From the NCBI RefSeq assembly GCF_006345805.1, contig NC_042997.1, positions 185,938,001 through 186,002,000 on the forward strand: a DNA stretch of 64,000 nt. The letters run 5' to 3'. This DNA comes from Octopus sinensis (lineage: Eukaryota). Both the position numbers and the translations under genes were made by a program. The notes below the pieces were generated by a model that searched no databases, was not told where the DNA came from, and was given only the letters and a program-made list of their open reading frames with translations. This document shows positions 36,301 to 51,510 of this stretch, piece by piece. Numbering within the stretch: the first letter of the stretch is position 1; each line of letters starts with the position of its first letter.

Positions 36301-36699
36301 AAATCCATAGTCAGAACTAGTTGTAGGGAAGTAAGCTCAATCCACCCGTCTAGTAGCAAAATATAAATAAATAAACAGAATTACCAAAAAAAAAAAAAAA
36401 GCGGTAGGGTTAAAGATGGAAACCTTTTAATCATAGATCCGTTCGATCAAATTTGACCCGGAGCAAAGCAACAGCAACAAACATAATAATTACAACAACA
36501 ACGGCAACAACTCAGAGAGAAATTTCAACGGGGGCAGACGGTGACCAGGCAAACTTAACGTTTATCATTTTGACATTTTTGTCTTAATTGGGAATCAATA
36601 ACCTCCATCCGTTCTCTCCAGGCATCTACCCACGCTCTTAATCGTTACACCCATTACTCTTTCACAGGACTTTCAACATCGGTGTTATTCATTGCTGAC

Positions 36700-36949
36700 A
36701 TCATCATCACAGTCATCATCATCATCATCATCATCACCATGACCATCATCATCATCATGACCATCACCATCATTATCATCAACACCACCAGTACCACCAC
36801 CACCACCATCATCCCCACCAACACCACCCCACCACCACCATCATCATCATCAGCGCCATCATCATCATTACCATCATCATCATTACATCACCACCACCAC
36901 CACCACCACCACCACCATCATTCCCAACACCACCACCAACAACACCAAC

Positions 36950-36980
<31 letters not shown>

Positions 36981-37001
36981 CCGTCATCATCATCACCGTC
37001 G

Positions 37002-37033
<32 letters not shown>

Positions 37034-37043
37034 GTCATCACCG

Positions 37044-37077
<34 letters not shown>

Positions 37078-37545
37078 TATCATCATCATCACCGTTGTCG
37101 TTGCCATCACCACATCATCGTCGTCCTCAACAACATCCCAAACTTCGTCATAATCATCACCATCGTTGTCGTTGTCGTCATCTCTTAATAATAAAGACCA
37201 ATATAATCACCATTGCTGGCCTTAGTACCTCACCCCCACATACACACACACACTAACATCCACATCATTATCACCATCATCATAAATGCTGTAACGACTA
37301 AGATGAGTAGTGGTTGTTATCATTTTCATGTTCATCACCACCACCTCCTCATCATCATCAACCACCAACACCACCATCACCATCATCCTTCTCATTGTAT
37401 CTTCAGAATTAGACGCATCGTCAAAATCGTCTACATTATTATCATTTCCACCACTATTATCATAACCATTACCACCACCATCACCACCACAATCACCACC
37501 ACAACCACCACCACCAACAACAACAAAAACAACAACAGCAACAGT
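36700..37545. repeat. (CAT/CAC)n repeats
   Basis: Direct inspection. Confidence 0.9.
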
Positions 37546-37720
37546 AGAGGCGCAATGGCCCAGTGGTTAGGGCAGCGGACTCGCGGTCGTAAGAACGCGG
37601 TTTCGATTCCCAGACCGGGCATTGTGAGTGTTTATTGAGCAAAAACACCTAAGCTCCACGAAGCTCCAACGAGGTGGGGGTGAACCCTGCTGTACTCTTT
37701 CACCACAACTTTCTCTCACT
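37544..37720 (+). mobile_element. tRNA-derived SINE family D, 3'-truncated
   Basis: GAGGCGCAATGGCCCAGTGGTTAGGGCAGCGGACTCGCGG...GGTTTCGATTCCC; also at 46141 and 60221. Confidence 0.85.
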
Positions 37721-37999
37721 CTTTCTTCTTACTTCTGCCACAAAGTGGTGTAACCCACTATGCTGTGGTAAACTTTCAGACCCTAAGTCTAGATTGCGAA
37801 TCCTCTGTACCCCAGGATGGTTCAGTTCTCCACCCGTTAAAAGCCACCGTCTACGGAATGAGTATAACAACGTAGCTTTCGCGCCCGTGCAACCGCCAGT
37901 CTATGGTGTGTGGTGGGTGGATCTTCAAGTTGCCACACGCATTCTTAGTAGCTTAGAGTAGGCTCGAATTAGAGATTATTCTCTGTGGCTAATGGCGTG

Positions 38000-38340
38000 A
38001 GTCCTGATTGGAAGAAGAAGAAGAAGAAGAAGACGAAAAAGAAGGAGGAAGAAGAAGAAGAAGAAGAAGAAGAAGAAGAAGAAGAAGAAGAAGAGAAAAG
38101 GAAGAACAGAAGAAGAAGAGAGAAGAGAAGAAGAGGAAGAAGAGAAGAAGAAGAGAAGAGATGAAGACGAAGAAGAGAAGAAGAAGAAGAAGAGGAGGAA
38201 GACGAAGAAGAAGAAGAAGAAGACAACGAAGAAGAAAAAGAAGACGAAGAAGACGTCGACGACGAAGACGAAGAAGAAGGCGACAACGAAGAAGAAGAAG
38301 ATAATGAAGAAGACGAAGAAGAAGAACAACAACAACAAGA
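38000..38340. repeat. (GAA)n repeat
   Basis: Direct inspection. Confidence 0.95.
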
Positions 38341-38771
38341 CACCTACTTCGTCACCATCCATCGCATTATATGTTAGGCTGCACAAACCGAATGAAACTA
38401 ACATGTGTTGAATACGTAAAAACAAAAATACTGTTAATATATATAATGAAGAAGCTGTTGAGTGTGGATAACTAATTGCTACTGTAACGACACTTGTCTA
38501 ATTGTGTCTAATAGGGACTTAATTAAAGTGATGATGTAAACAATTACGTGGCTGTTAGGAATATAAGGGAGATAATAAATTGTAGTTGTTGCCGTAGAAC
38601 AGAATTCGTGAAAGCATGTTCAGAATATAGTAATGAGATATAATTACTGGGGTAATTATATGTATACTTTGTTATATAAAGTAATTAAGGAACTAATGCA
38701 CACACATATGTGTATATATATATATATATAATATATATAATTTATATATCTATATATATATTATATACATA

Positions 38772-38811
<40 letters not shown>

Positions 38812-38834
38812 CATGTATGTATATATGTGTATAT

Positions 38835-38871
<37 letters not shown>

Positions 38872-39028
38872 ATAGAATTAAGAGACAGAACTTCCATAAA
38901 GTAATTCAATTAATAATGAAAGATATTATCTATAATATAATATAAATTTAATATATTATTATTAATATTGTACTAAATATGTCTATACTAAATAATACAC
39001 TTTAATATATATCTATATACATATATAC

Positions 39029-39078
<50 letters not shown>

Positions 39079-39242
39079 TATATACATACATATTAGATAT
39101 ACATATCTATATATATAATATATATATACATATATATATACTATATACATATTATATCTATATATATATATATTGTGTGTGTGTATGTGTATATATATAT
39201 ATATGTATATATGTGTGTGTATGTAATATATATAATATATAT

Positions 39243-39277
<35 letters not shown>

Positions 39278-39301
39278 GTATTATATATATATATATATAT
39301 T

Positions 39302-39336
<35 letters not shown>

Positions 39337-40522
39337 TTATGCGTATATATTATATATATATATGCTTGAATACTTTGATTAAAAGCATTAGAATTCATAA
39401 TTATTTCCGGCAACAAGTTTTGGAGTCTACAGGCTCTGTGGACCAAATCCTTTTAGGATTAATAAATAAATAAATGCAAAGGAAAACAAAAACAAAAACT
39501 AACAAATCAATAAAACAACAAATCTATATACATAAATAAATAAATAAATAAATAATATCACCATGCATGTGGTTTCAAACTTCCTGAAGGTTTGACGTAT
39601 CAGTTTAATGGGTCACTGCCCAAAATTCGAAACCTGTCAGAACGGTCTGTCAACAGCAACTCTTTAATAACTATACAAAGAGTGCACACTTCTAAAGCAA
39701 AAAAGCTTTCCCTTACCAGACGTTCAAGTTAGTAGCTTGACTAACATTTGGTTCTCAAATTCTACACTTCCTAATTCTTTAATTTTTTTTTTTTTAATTC
39801 AGCTAAAACATATTTGCAGTAAGGAAATCCTGAGTTTTAGTGAAATGGCAACGGTGGTAATGGTGGTGGTAGTGGTTTCTAGTTGAGACTCAAGCTGATA
39901 CGGAGCAAAGAAGCATACATTTCTGTCGAGATACTTTTACACTTTTACTTGTTTTTGTTATGTCATTTCCACGATAAATATATTAGGTTTTTCCTGTCTC
40001 AGTGTTTGGCCATATAATGAAGACAGTGAATACACCCGCGCACACGCACACATGTATGTATGTATGTATGTATGTATGTATGTATGTATGTAGTATGTAT
40101 GTATGTATATATATACATATATATATAATATCTATAATATATTATAATATATATAAATATGTATGAACATTTGTTTCGTAATGAGATAAAAATAACCAAG
40201 GCTGAGTAGATTTTAGAACATTTATAGATAGGTCTTACAGCGGTTTCCATGATATTTATTATATCCTTCATCGGATATGTGATACGAGAGAAGAGAGAGA
40301 AAGAGAGAGAAGAGAAGAGGAGAGAGAGACGAGAGGAGAGAGAGATGTGAGATATGTAGGGATATTGATTTGTAGATCCATTTTAGCAAAATGGTATACA
40401 TGTAAGATTCCAATACTTTATAAGTAAAATCCAACAGTATTTAAAATTGGTCATTCAATTATATATATATATATACTATATATATATATAATATATATAA
40501 TATATATATATATATGTATATG

Positions 40523-40554
<32 letters not shown>

Positions 40555-41379
40555 TGTATGTATGTATATGTGTGTATTTATGCATATATATACTGAACTG
40601 TTAAACACGATACTAAAGTAGAAAATAAAATGTCACTAATTGTACAGCTATATTACTACCAAGAGTTTAAAATCTACATCATGAATCGGTTCGCTGGTAG
40701 AGCTTACCTCAGTAATTTTGATGCAGTTTTAACCCACATAAATCATAAAAGAGAGCCAGTCTACTATGCTAAAGTACATTCAGGAGAACGTTGCCCTCGC
40801 TCATATGATGGAAATTTATCTAGACTCCCGACCTGCTAAATAACATCATGCGATTATCTTTCAAAGCACAGACTATCGTCATTAGAAAAAAAAAAGAGGC
40901 TACTGTAGATTAATGATGTCTTTTATTATGGCGTAGTCAAATGGAAAGGCAGTTCCCATAATAACTTTCAGGGTCTTTGAGGGGGATTAGAGGAATGAAT
41001 TAAGGTATCTTCATACTGGACACCTAAACTGTATGCTTGAAATAGACTGGATTCCGTTAAAGGTCTCCAAGGTGACAAATGATGATGTGAAACCAGGAGA
41101 TAGATTAAGTTAATCACTAAAGTGTGCTATGGTAAGATTTGAACTCGGAATGCAAAGAGTGTGAGCAAATTTTGCAAGGAAACTAATTTGGCTCTCTAGC
41201 TATTTCAAGACAAGGTACTAAATTTATTAATACCATAAAGACGAATGGCTAAATTTGACTTCAGCGCGATTTGAACAGAGATCGCAAGATGTGATATGTA
41301 CCACATAATAGTTCGTCGTATGTGCTGCAGTGACAGAATAAGACAAAATTGAACTGTCTTCGATTATAAAAGTGCTTCA

Positions 41380-41592
41380 GGCGGCGATCTGGCAGAAACG
41401 TTAGCACGCCGGTTGAAATGCGTAGCCGTATTTTGTCTGCCGCTCCGTTCTGTGTTCAAATTCCGCAGAGGTTGACTTTGCCTTTCATCCTTTCAGGGTC
41501 GATAAATAAAGTACCAGTTACGTACTGGAGTTGATACGATTGTCTAGTCCCTCCCCTCAAATTTCGGGCCTTGTGCCTATTGTAGAAATGAT
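41380..41592 (+). mobile_element. SINE family A
   Basis: GGCGGCGATCTGGCAGAAACGTTAGCACG head, body and tail. Confidence 0.85.
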
Positions 41593-42313
41593 ATAAAAGT
41601 GCTTATTCACAGTTACCCTACGAGTAAAATTCAAGCTACATCCATTGTCAAAAATACATCAATAATATATATAATTCTTTTAATACAAAGAGAGATCTTC
41701 AAACATTAATTTATCATCTATATGCGTGTCCTCTCCATTTTTATAAGCTATATCTGTGTGCTTCGGCCATTTTTACACTGTGTACATATGTGAATTATCT
41801 GTCCTTAAAGTCTATATATATATGTGTGTGTGATCTGTCGGCCTCTATACTGTGAAAATATAATTCTTTCGCTATCTTTATATCGTATACATCTATGTAA
41901 ATGTGTGATCTGTCTGTTACTGTAATGTGTAGATATATGCGCTTTATCTGTCTTTAAACTGTATACTTGTGAGCTCATTTTGTCTTTATACTGTATATGT
42001 GTGTTCTCACCGTCTTTATACACTGTATCTGCCTGCTTTCTCCGACTTTACACTATATATATGTCTATGTGTGTGTGTGTGTGTGCTATGTTTGCTTTTA
42101 AATTATGTATATGTGCGTTTCAATCGCTTTTGTACTCTAACTGTAAGTTCTGGTTTTATACATCTGTGCGCTCTCTCCGTCTATGTGCTCTCTCGATCTC
42201 CCTGTTTCGATCTCACTCTATATTTCTCTCCCCCCTCTCTCTCTCTCTTTCTTTATACTTTATATACGTGGTTTCTGTCTGTCTTTATACTGTAAATATA
42301 TGTCTATTCTATA

Positions 42314-42568
42314 GTGGAGGCGCGTGGATTAGTGGTTAGGGTGTCAGCATCATGACCGTAAGATTGTGGTTTCGATTCCTGGACCGGGCGACGCGTTGTG
42401 TTCTTGAGCAAAACTCTACATTTCACGTTGCTCCAGTCCACTCAGCTGGCAAAAAGGAGTAACGCTGCGATGGACTGGCGTCCCGCCCAGATGGGGAACA
42501 CATACGCCGTTGAAACCGGGAAACAGGACCCATAAACCTGGCTAGGTTTTAAAAGGGCGCATTTATTT
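42314..42568 (+). mobile_element. tRNA-derived SINE family C2
   Basis: A and B boxes; GCTGCGATGGACTGGCGTCCCG resembles the V-SINE-type motif (recall); near-identical copy at 44393. Confidence 0.85.
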
Positions 42569-44392
42569 TTTATTTTATATGTTTATTCTGTTAGTCTTTC
42601 TACTGTGTACATTAATACTCTCTATGAATATACTGTGTTTATGAATGTGTATTCTGTCCTAATACATTGTATGCATGTGCTCTCTCCGCTATTCTGTGGT
42701 TTACGAATTCATTTTCATTAGACTTGCTGCATTACACTTCTGTTTAAACGAAATTGTTTATCCCACAACAGGTTCAGTGATTGTAAAATAATCCTTTAAC
42801 TTAAACCATGACTTGAAAGAATTTTAAATATGCATGTACTCCCAAATAAACATTAACGAAAATGTTTAAATTCCTGGAGAGCCTAAACATTCCCTCCTTT
42901 TTTCTTAATACATGTAGTCTGCCCTTGTTCTCTACCACAATTCCATTTGTCAAATCTCGCATACGCTGTTTCTTTTTCATTCCAACAATATGAGGTTTCT
43001 AATTCTTATGAATCCTAGTTTCTAAAGCTGTTGATATGAGGACATCTTGAATGGGAATGGATAATGTCCATTCTCTTTTAGGACAGCTACCTAATTTTTA
43101 TGATTCCATCCCTTTTTTTTTTTTTCAACTGTTTTGATAGGGAAGAAAAGCAACGACTAAAACCTTTTCCAGTGTTCCCCGAGATTCATAACAAAAAGAA
43201 AGATAGGTGTACACAAACCAAAAATACAGCAGGAATGCTTGGAACAGAGTGATATCTGCTAAAGACACATGAAGTGTTAAAAGTCAAACTTTGCTTCGGC
43301 AGGATTTGAAATCTGATAGCAGTAAAACGGAATATATATAACGCAAGTCATTCTGCTAATGACCAAATGACCCTGTCAATTCGCCGTCTAAACACATTGG
43401 CTTTTAAAACTTTTAATATTTATAGTTCTTTACTCTGTTTTAGGTATCAGAGCTAAGGCCATACTGTAGCAACGCCTTATTACCATAGCCATTTTGAAAT
43501 TATGATTTAGTTCAGGAAATATAAAAACAGCTGAAATGACATTTAGAAATTATAGAAAGAATAATGTTTATAACAATCTAAATTCTATTCTATCTTCAGA
43601 CAGTAGACATAAGCTATTTTATACGTTATCTTAAATTGAAGAAATAACGCCAATTTTCTGTCACTATATTCCACATAATAATATCATCTAACAGTTTCAT
43701 TTATATCTGCAATATTTATTTCTGTAATGCATTTCACCAGTTCTACAGAATTTCAACATTTGACCTCACTCTCTCCGAAACATTATGATAGTTTAATAAA
43801 TTGCTATACTTACAATATAGCCAGTCTACTTATCTTTAAAGTGTGCAATTCCTCAAAGTAGGTATATTTACAAGTTAAAATCACTTTAATTTTCCAAGGT
43901 ATGGGCGCAGTATGCCACTACTGGAATAATGCTACTGATCGATCCTGACCATTATCGAAGCAACCGAGAAATTGCTTTGATTCATTAGTTCTGAACCCTG
44001 ACACGACCATTGTATGACATTAGAATTTAAAACTTGTTCAATTGTTGATTCCTATCTATGAAACAAGAATTATTTCCGTATATGATAATGCAACCACACA
44101 GTTTCAACGAAATTATCAGTAATATGGGGAAAACTGACATGGCAACAGTTTCACAGATATCAACAATTTAATCACATACTGTTTAGTATATACTTGGCAT
44201 AGCTTAACTACAAAGTTGTGTGCTTAGATTTCATTCCATTTTATTACTTTTACGAGTTCAAATTTCACTGAGAGCAACTTTGTCATTCATTTTTAATCAT
44301 ACACATTAGATTAAACCATTCCCACTAAAAGCACATTTGACATTTTTTTAAAATCCCTTGCAGCGAATAAATCCAGCGCTTTTTACCGTTAT

Positions 44393-44660
44393 GTGGAGGC
44401 GCGTGGCTTAGTGGTTAGTGTGTCAGCATCATGAACGTAAGATTGTGGTTTCGATTCCTGGACCGGGCGACGCGTTGTGTTCTTGAGCAAAACACTTCAT
44501 TTCACGTTGCTCCAGTCCACTCAGCTGGCAAAAATGAGTAACGCTGCGATGGACTGGCGTCCCGTCCAGCTGGGGAATACATACGCCATTGAAACCGAGA
44601 AACCGGGCCCATGAGCCTGGCTAGGCTTTAAAAGGGCGCATTTATTTATTTATTTATTTT
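44393..44660 (+). mobile_element. tRNA-derived SINE family C2
   Basis: Matches 42314-42568; (TTTA)n tail. Confidence 0.87.
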
Positions 44661-44999
44661 TACCGTTATACATATTCAATTTTTGATAGGAAATAACGAA
44701 AGTGGTGGATAGTTAAAAACATTTAGGATGAGGTAAAAGCAATATAACTGAGAAATTTTCAAATAGGAAAGGGGGTTTCAATGTTTGCCGCATCATATTC
44801 TTGCCTTATAGAACCCATTTATTTTCCCCTATTTATTTATTGCTCTCTGTTTCTTCTACGCAGGCTTCTTATTTTTCCATATTTATTTTTCCCTATTTTT
44901 TCTATACAGGTTTCCTTTATAAACATCTACAGCCGGTATTAGTGGGCAAGGCCAACTTCAAGAAGTTAAATTCACGAGCAAAGCCGTGGTTTAGGTCTC

Positions 45000-45540
45000 T
45001 TTTACTTTTTTTACTCGTTTCAGTCATGTGACTGTGGCAATGCTGGAGCACTGCCTTTAGTCGAGCAAATCGACCCCCAAGACCTATTCTTTGGAAGCTT
45101 AGTACTTATTCTATCGGGATCTTTTACCGAATCGCTAATTTACCGGGACGTAAACAAACCAGCATCGGTTGTCAAGTGATGTTAGGGGGACAAACACAGA
45201 CACACAAACATATACACACACATACACATACATATACATATATACGACGGACATCTTTCAGTTTCCTTAACTCTTTATTACCCACAAGGGGCTAAACATG
45301 GAGGGGATAAACAAGGACAGACAAAGGAATTAAGTCGATTACATCAATCCCAGTACATAACTGATACTTAATTTATTGACCCCGAAAGGATGAAAGGAAA
45401 AGTCGAACTCGGCGGAATTTGAACTCAGGACGAAGCGGCAGACGAAATACTGTTAAGCATTTCGCCCGGCGTGCTAACGTTTCTGCCAGCACACCGCCTT
45501 TTCAGTTTCCGTCTTCTTTCAGTTTCCGTCAACCAAATTC
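45000..45540 (-). mobile_element. SINE family B (-) interrupted by SINE family A (-, about 45270-45500)
   Basis: TTTCAGTTTCC is repeated on both sides of the family A insert. Confidence 0.8.
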
Positions 45541-46071
45541 AGCCTCTCGCGGAAATATATAATAATTTGCTTGTAACCAGCGTGGCATATTTCACTTTAA
45601 TTAATTTTTATAAACGAAGTTTTGTCGTCTCATACCTTTTTTGAGCACTTGATGAGAAGGATAAAATTTATGGAATATTTTGGCTACCATACTTTGAAAA
45701 CATAATTCTGTTATCTATGAGAGATAACTTAAGTGTAAAAATGGCATGACTTACACAAAAAAAAAAAATTGAAATGGAGGTGATTTGTTTCTTAATAGGT
45801 GAAAATCACAAAAAGATAGTGGCAGTGGTTTGCGGCTGCAAAGAAGAGGGGAGGTAATTGAAGAAATGTTATTTCGAGTCGATTAATGTTATATATCGCT
45901 TCCAGACTGATGTCCACAACCAATGAGTTTATGAACGCGTAAATTTCAAAATTAGTTTCATTCATTCATTCATTCGTTCGTTCGTTCTTTCTTTCCTTCT
46001 CCCACACACACAAACTCACGCACACATACATATGCATATCAATATCAATAGTTATCTATCTATCTACCATC

Positions 46072-46122
<51 letters not shown>

Positions 46123-46140
46123 GTATATATGTATATATCT

Positions 46141-46447
46141 GTGGAGGCGCAATGGCCCAGTGGTTAGGGCAGCGGACTCGCGGTCGGAGGATCGCGGTTT
46201 CGATTCCCAGACCGGGCGTTGTGTGTGTTTATTGAGCGAAAACACCTAAAAGCTCCACGAGTCTCTGGCAGGGGGTGGTGATCCCTGCTGTACTCTTTCA
46301 ACACTCTTTCTCTCACTCTTTCTTATGTTGGCCTGCTCGCTTAGCCAGCGGGGTGGCGTCGTCCGAAGGCTAAAACAATGCGAACGTCTTGTGACCAGCG
46401 ATGTGTAGCAACATCTGATAGCCTGGTCGGTCACGTGATCACGTGAT
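46141..46447 (+). mobile_element. tRNA-derived SINE family D, full-length with (CACGTGAT)n tail
   Basis: Head identical to 37544; tandem CACGTGAT at the end. Confidence 0.85.
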
Positions 46448-46462
46448 ATGTATATATTTATC

Positions 46463-46526
<64 letters not shown>

Positions 46527-46774
46527 CATACATATATATATATATATATAGATATATATATACTACATATGTGGAAAATTGGTGAGTGTTTGTTGTTACC
46601 TAACTCCTCCTACATCGTTTTATTGATTTTGATGAAACTTGACACGTGAGTAGAACTCATGTCTGGCAACCTCATAACATACTTAGATTGTTGAAAAATA
46701 TCGATAATAGGGCCCTTCCAATTGACCCTTCTATCTACTACATATTATTAATATTTTTTTTAACAAACCAAGGG

Positions 46775-47190
46775 TAATAACCCATATCACCTGCAGTTTT
46801 TAGCGAAGCGATCAATTTGATTCTCACAATCAGCCGACCTAATTCTGCATTTCACTACTCAGTTTTCAACTGCTAAACATTATTATTGCACTTTCTTGAT
46901 TTGAATCTTAAACCTTAAAGGCTTTCTTCATACATGTCAATGCATACATACTTTTTTGATTGTCCATTACTCCGATAATTCTGGATTTTTACAGTCACAC
47001 TTTTACCATGACAGTAGCTTTTTTTTATTATTCCACAACGTATTTGTAGTGGCTTCATGCAGACATAGCGTGAATTCGATCCTCGATTGCCAAATTTCTC
47101 TTAACACAGTTGTTTCTAGCATATCTCAAGACAACCCTCCTCGTTTCTTTCTCATTCTCGAATGCATTGATGTTTTTCAATATTTTCTCC
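46775..47190 (-). pseudogene. Possible decayed pogo/Tigger-like transposase N-terminus
   Basis: Minus-strand frames with stops give RKKRGGLS*DMLETTV...TNTLWNNKKK (HTH_psq-like), MYEESL*GL and KTAGDMGY (resembles the CENP-B-type AGxDW). Weak similarity, judged by eye. Confidence 0.35.
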
Positions 47191-47699
47191 CCATAAATAC
47201 ATTTATATGCTATAAAAAGAAAATTTGAAAAATTATGATTTTTTGCAGCTCCACTCCCGGCCCCCGATTGTTTCTGTTTATAAATTAACATATTGGAGAG
47301 CTTGAGAAAGTTATTTCTAGCATTTATCCACTTGGTATGTAAACGATAATTCATTTTAATTGAATACTTTTCTGTTTTAAAACGTTTCTTCTTACACGCA
47401 CACACGGCTTCACTTGATTTAGGTGGGTATAAAAATTAAAATTACAATTTTTTTGTTGCTTATATTCCACCAACAGACCATGCGTATATTACTTCGGCAT
47501 TATCATTTCATAAAATGTTTAATGGGAGAAATATAGTGAGAAGACATCAATACATATGAGAGTGAAAAGGGAGTGTGGTTTGGGATGTACTAGAACCAAC
47601 AGCCAAATCTCTCTAGAATCGTAAAGTTTTCCTCTGAAAATATTCCTATTTTTCTTACTGAAAAGGCTCCTCACACGGTTTTTAAGTTTAAAAAATTAG

Positions 47700-48530
47700 C
47701 CAAAATCTGTCCGGAGTCGTATGGTGACCCGCTCCCCTCTCACAGGGACGTCCGGCTGGCACTTTATTAATACAGCCTTTGTCTCAGACCTTCCAAGGAT
47801 GGACGAGGCAACCAAAGTACCATGATGTTATCCCTTAAACGAGCTAACACCTAAAGAATTTCAAAAATTTTCAAAATCTCTTTTCATAAAACGATGCCTA
47901 CCCCCACCCCCATCATTTCGAAGGCTCTGATGGAAAAGGAAAAATTCCCGTCAAAACGGAGTAGGTCCAACTTGTTTGGTCTTCCTGATCTGAAACTCCG
48001 TTTTTTTCGAACCTCCTCTCCTCATCCCCTAGGAAAACGTTTTTCCTACAAATTTCTTGATGTATGCCGTTTGAAATGTATTTGCATAAAATTTCATTAC
48101 GATACAAGAAATCTATTTTCATAAATGTTATGACGGAAAAAATTTGGATCGTGTAAATTTTCCGAAACTCCTCTCCCCACCCCCAAAACATTCTTTCCCA
48201 TAAATCCCTATATACTCCGAATCCACAGCATGTAAGCGAGATTTGTTGAAAATTTTGTTAAAACGTATCCATTTTTCTGGAAGTTATAAAGCAACAAATT
48301 TAGTGGAGTACACATCTGTAGTTTTGCCAACAAAAAACTATTCGGTTTTCAATAATTCTAGGTTTAACTGCTTAAATTTGTGGGAACAAACCCCCAAAAG
48401 AGCGTGTATCTCGGAAACCCGTCGTCCGATTTACACGAAACTTGTTTTATTCCGTTTGTATTCACATTTCAGGGGTGTTTTACTTTCAGAGTATTTTCAC
48501 ATTATGCACCGGTTTGACTGTATTAAATGA
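47700..48530. mobile_element. Possible Helitron-like non-autonomous element
   Basis: Recurring motifs such as CGATTTACACGAAACTTG and GCATAAAATTTCATTACGAT resemble the internal GATGAAACTTG motif of the Helitrons above; termini not identified. Confidence 0.3.
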
Positions 48531-49148
48531 CAGACAAGCAAGAGTTTTAGTCGTATATACATATGTGGTTTGTGCCTGATGAATATTGAGGTATTTCTCA
48601 ACATACGAAACTATTAGTAGCGCATAAAAACATGCATTGTGTCTATTCAATGATGTTTATCTCTCACTAGATGAATACTTTTCTGTTGATCTTACCATCA
48701 CGGAATAGTACACACACACACACACAAACATACGAACTAATATTTGATCAAGTGATGTAAATATAAGAGTAATATCCCGAGATACATGGATACATTTAAT
48801 GAAAATGAGTTCAATAGACGAATAGATAAATAGGATTTGAATATTTTATTTGATAGGAATAGAAGGTAACAGGGATCCGATGATTCGTTGGCAACGGCTC
48901 ATCAAACTGCAAAGAATAAAGGCCATCATGATTTCTAAATATACAATTTTCGAGAGAAAACTCGGTAAAAACAAATTATAGTTTGTTTCTCTTCGTCATA
49001 AACTCCTCCCATGCTTCAAAATTCCTAATTTATACATCTTTCAAATCATTACTTTTGACTATGTAACGAAGCGTCGCTAGTGAAATTTGTAATTCTCAGA
49101 CGCTCATTATTTCTGCTACACGGTTACAGACACACGTGCACACACACA

Positions 49149-49190
<42 letters not shown>

Positions 49191-49265
49191 ATTCAGACAC
49201 TTTTACATCTCTCTTTCTCTCTCTCTATCTCTCCCTATATATACATATATATATGTATTCATATG

Positions 49266-49319
<54 letters not shown>

Positions 49320-49348
49320 AATATATATATATATAAACAAAATATATA

Positions 49349-49400
<52 letters not shown>

Positions 49401-49879
49401 ATAAAATACGTATGTATATGTATATGTATATATATATATATTTATATATATATATATATATATAGATATATCTGTGCTTGTATGCATGTATGCGAATCTA
49501 TGTGTATGTATATATATATACATATAAATACACACGCATACTGATATCTATGTATACACACACACGTGTGTGCGTGTATGTGTGCATGTGTGCGTGTGTT
49601 TGTGTGTGTTTGTGTGTGTGTGTGTGTGTCTTTGTGAAGTGAAAATATCATTCCTGATTTAATATTGGCTGTGTCGTACTTTCTATAAACGCTAGAAATG
49701 TGGTCATACTGAATTACAACTGATCTATGTTAAATGGTCTGTGGCGGACAAATACGAATATTTCTGGTGCCACGAATTATCCCTTGATTTATTTACCAAT
49801 TTTTGTTTTTCTTTTTCTCATTCTTTCTTCTCTTTCTCCTTCTCCTTCTCCTCCTCCAATTTCTCCTCTTTCTTCTCCA

Positions 49880-49886
49880 TCTTCCT

Positions 49887-49943
<57 letters not shown>

Positions 49944-49965
49944 GTTATTATTATTATTATTGTTA

Positions 49966-50006
<41 letters not shown>

Positions 50007-50088
50007 GTTATTATTATTATCATTATTATTATCATTATTAATATTATTATCATTATTAATATTATTATTATTATTATTATTATTATTG

Positions 50089-50122
<34 letters not shown>

Positions 50123-50163
50123 CATTATTATTATTGTTATTGTTATTATTATTATTATTATTA

Positions 50164-50236
<73 letters not shown>

Positions 50237-50247
50237 CATTATTATTG

Positions 50248-50278
<31 letters not shown>

Positions 50279-50350
50279 CATTATTATTATTATTATCATT
50301 ATTATTATTATCATTATTATTATCATTATTATTATTATTATTATTATTAT
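49880..50350. repeat. (ATT)n repeat
   Basis: About 470 bp; explains the poly-L/I/Y ORFs. Confidence 0.97.
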
Positions 50351-50669
50351 TGCCGTTGTGGTTGATGTTCTTGTCGACGTCGGCGTCGTTAACATCATCA
50401 GCATCAGTATCATCGTCATCGTCGTCGTCGTCTCATCGCCATCCTCATTAGACTGGTGGATTGGTAGAATCGCTGGAATATGGACAAAATATCTTGCTCT
50501 ATTTGTTCCGGCTCATTACGTTCTGAGTTCAAATCTTACCGAGGTCATCTTTCTAATCCATCTGCGTAGGGTCGATAAATTAATATGCAAGTCAAGTACT
50601 GGGGTCGACCTAATACACTAATCCCAGTAAATCCTACTGAAATACCTAGCATTTTTTTTACATGAAAAA

Positions 50670-50709
<40 letters not shown>

Positions 50710-50716
50710 CATTATA

Positions 50717-50763
<47 letters not shown>

Positions 50764-50946
50764 TAAGGCAGTGAGCTGGCAGAATCGTTAGCAGCATTTC
50801 GTCTGTCTTTTCATTCTGAGTTCAAATTCCGCCGAGGTCGACTTTGCCTTTTATTCTTTTGCAGTCGATGTAATCGATTAGCTTCTTCCCCCAAAATACT
50901 TTCAAGACCTTGTACCTAAAGAAGAAACAATAATAATAATAATAAT

Positions 50947-51060
50947 CCAAATCTTTGCAAATTACCCAGTGAATACGCAGTGTAGCTCTGTCATGCCTAT
51001 TGAGATACTCTGTTGGCGCAAGAAGACTGAACATGGAAACGACATGATCAATGGTTTCAT
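50947..51060 (-). pseudogene. Fragment of an R4/Dong-like (REL-endonuclease) LINE C-terminal region
   Basis: ETIDHVVSMFSLLAPTEYLNRHDRATLRIHWVICKDL matches the ETIDH..SGC..LA..EY..RHD.V...IHW.IC pattern. Confidence 0.7.
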
Positions 51061-51115
51061 TTTGTTGTTTAGAGACACGTCAAGGTGGCCTGTTATCATC
51101 ATCATCAGCAGTAGC

Positions 51116-51174
<59 letters not shown>

Positions 51175-51289
51175 CCTCGTCGTTGTTGTTCGGTCGTTTT
51201 AGCTACCATAGAATTTTGTATCTTCATAAGCTAAAAAGAATCCTTATAGCATTTTTCCTTAGAACTTTCTTTTTAGTGGAATAATTTTT

Positions 51290-51510
51290 TTTCTTTACTG
51301 CCCACAAGGGGATACACACATAGGGGACAAACAAAGACAGACAAACGGATTAAGTCGATTATATCGACCCCAGTGCGTAACTGGTACTTATTCAATCGAC
51401 CCCGAAAGGATGAAAGGCAAAGTTGATGTCAGCGGAATTTGAACTCAGAACGTAGCGGCAGACGAAATACCGCTAAGCATTTCGCCCAGCGTGCTACCAT
51501 TTCTGCCAGC
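51290..51510 (-). mobile_element. SINE family A
   Basis: Near-consensus reverse complement. Confidence 0.88.

Noticed and set aside
37544-37625. tRNA-like cloverleaf heads (also 34751, 42314, 44393, 46141, 60221)
   Set aside because: They continue into SINE bodies and lack complete acceptor stems, so they are not tRNA genes.
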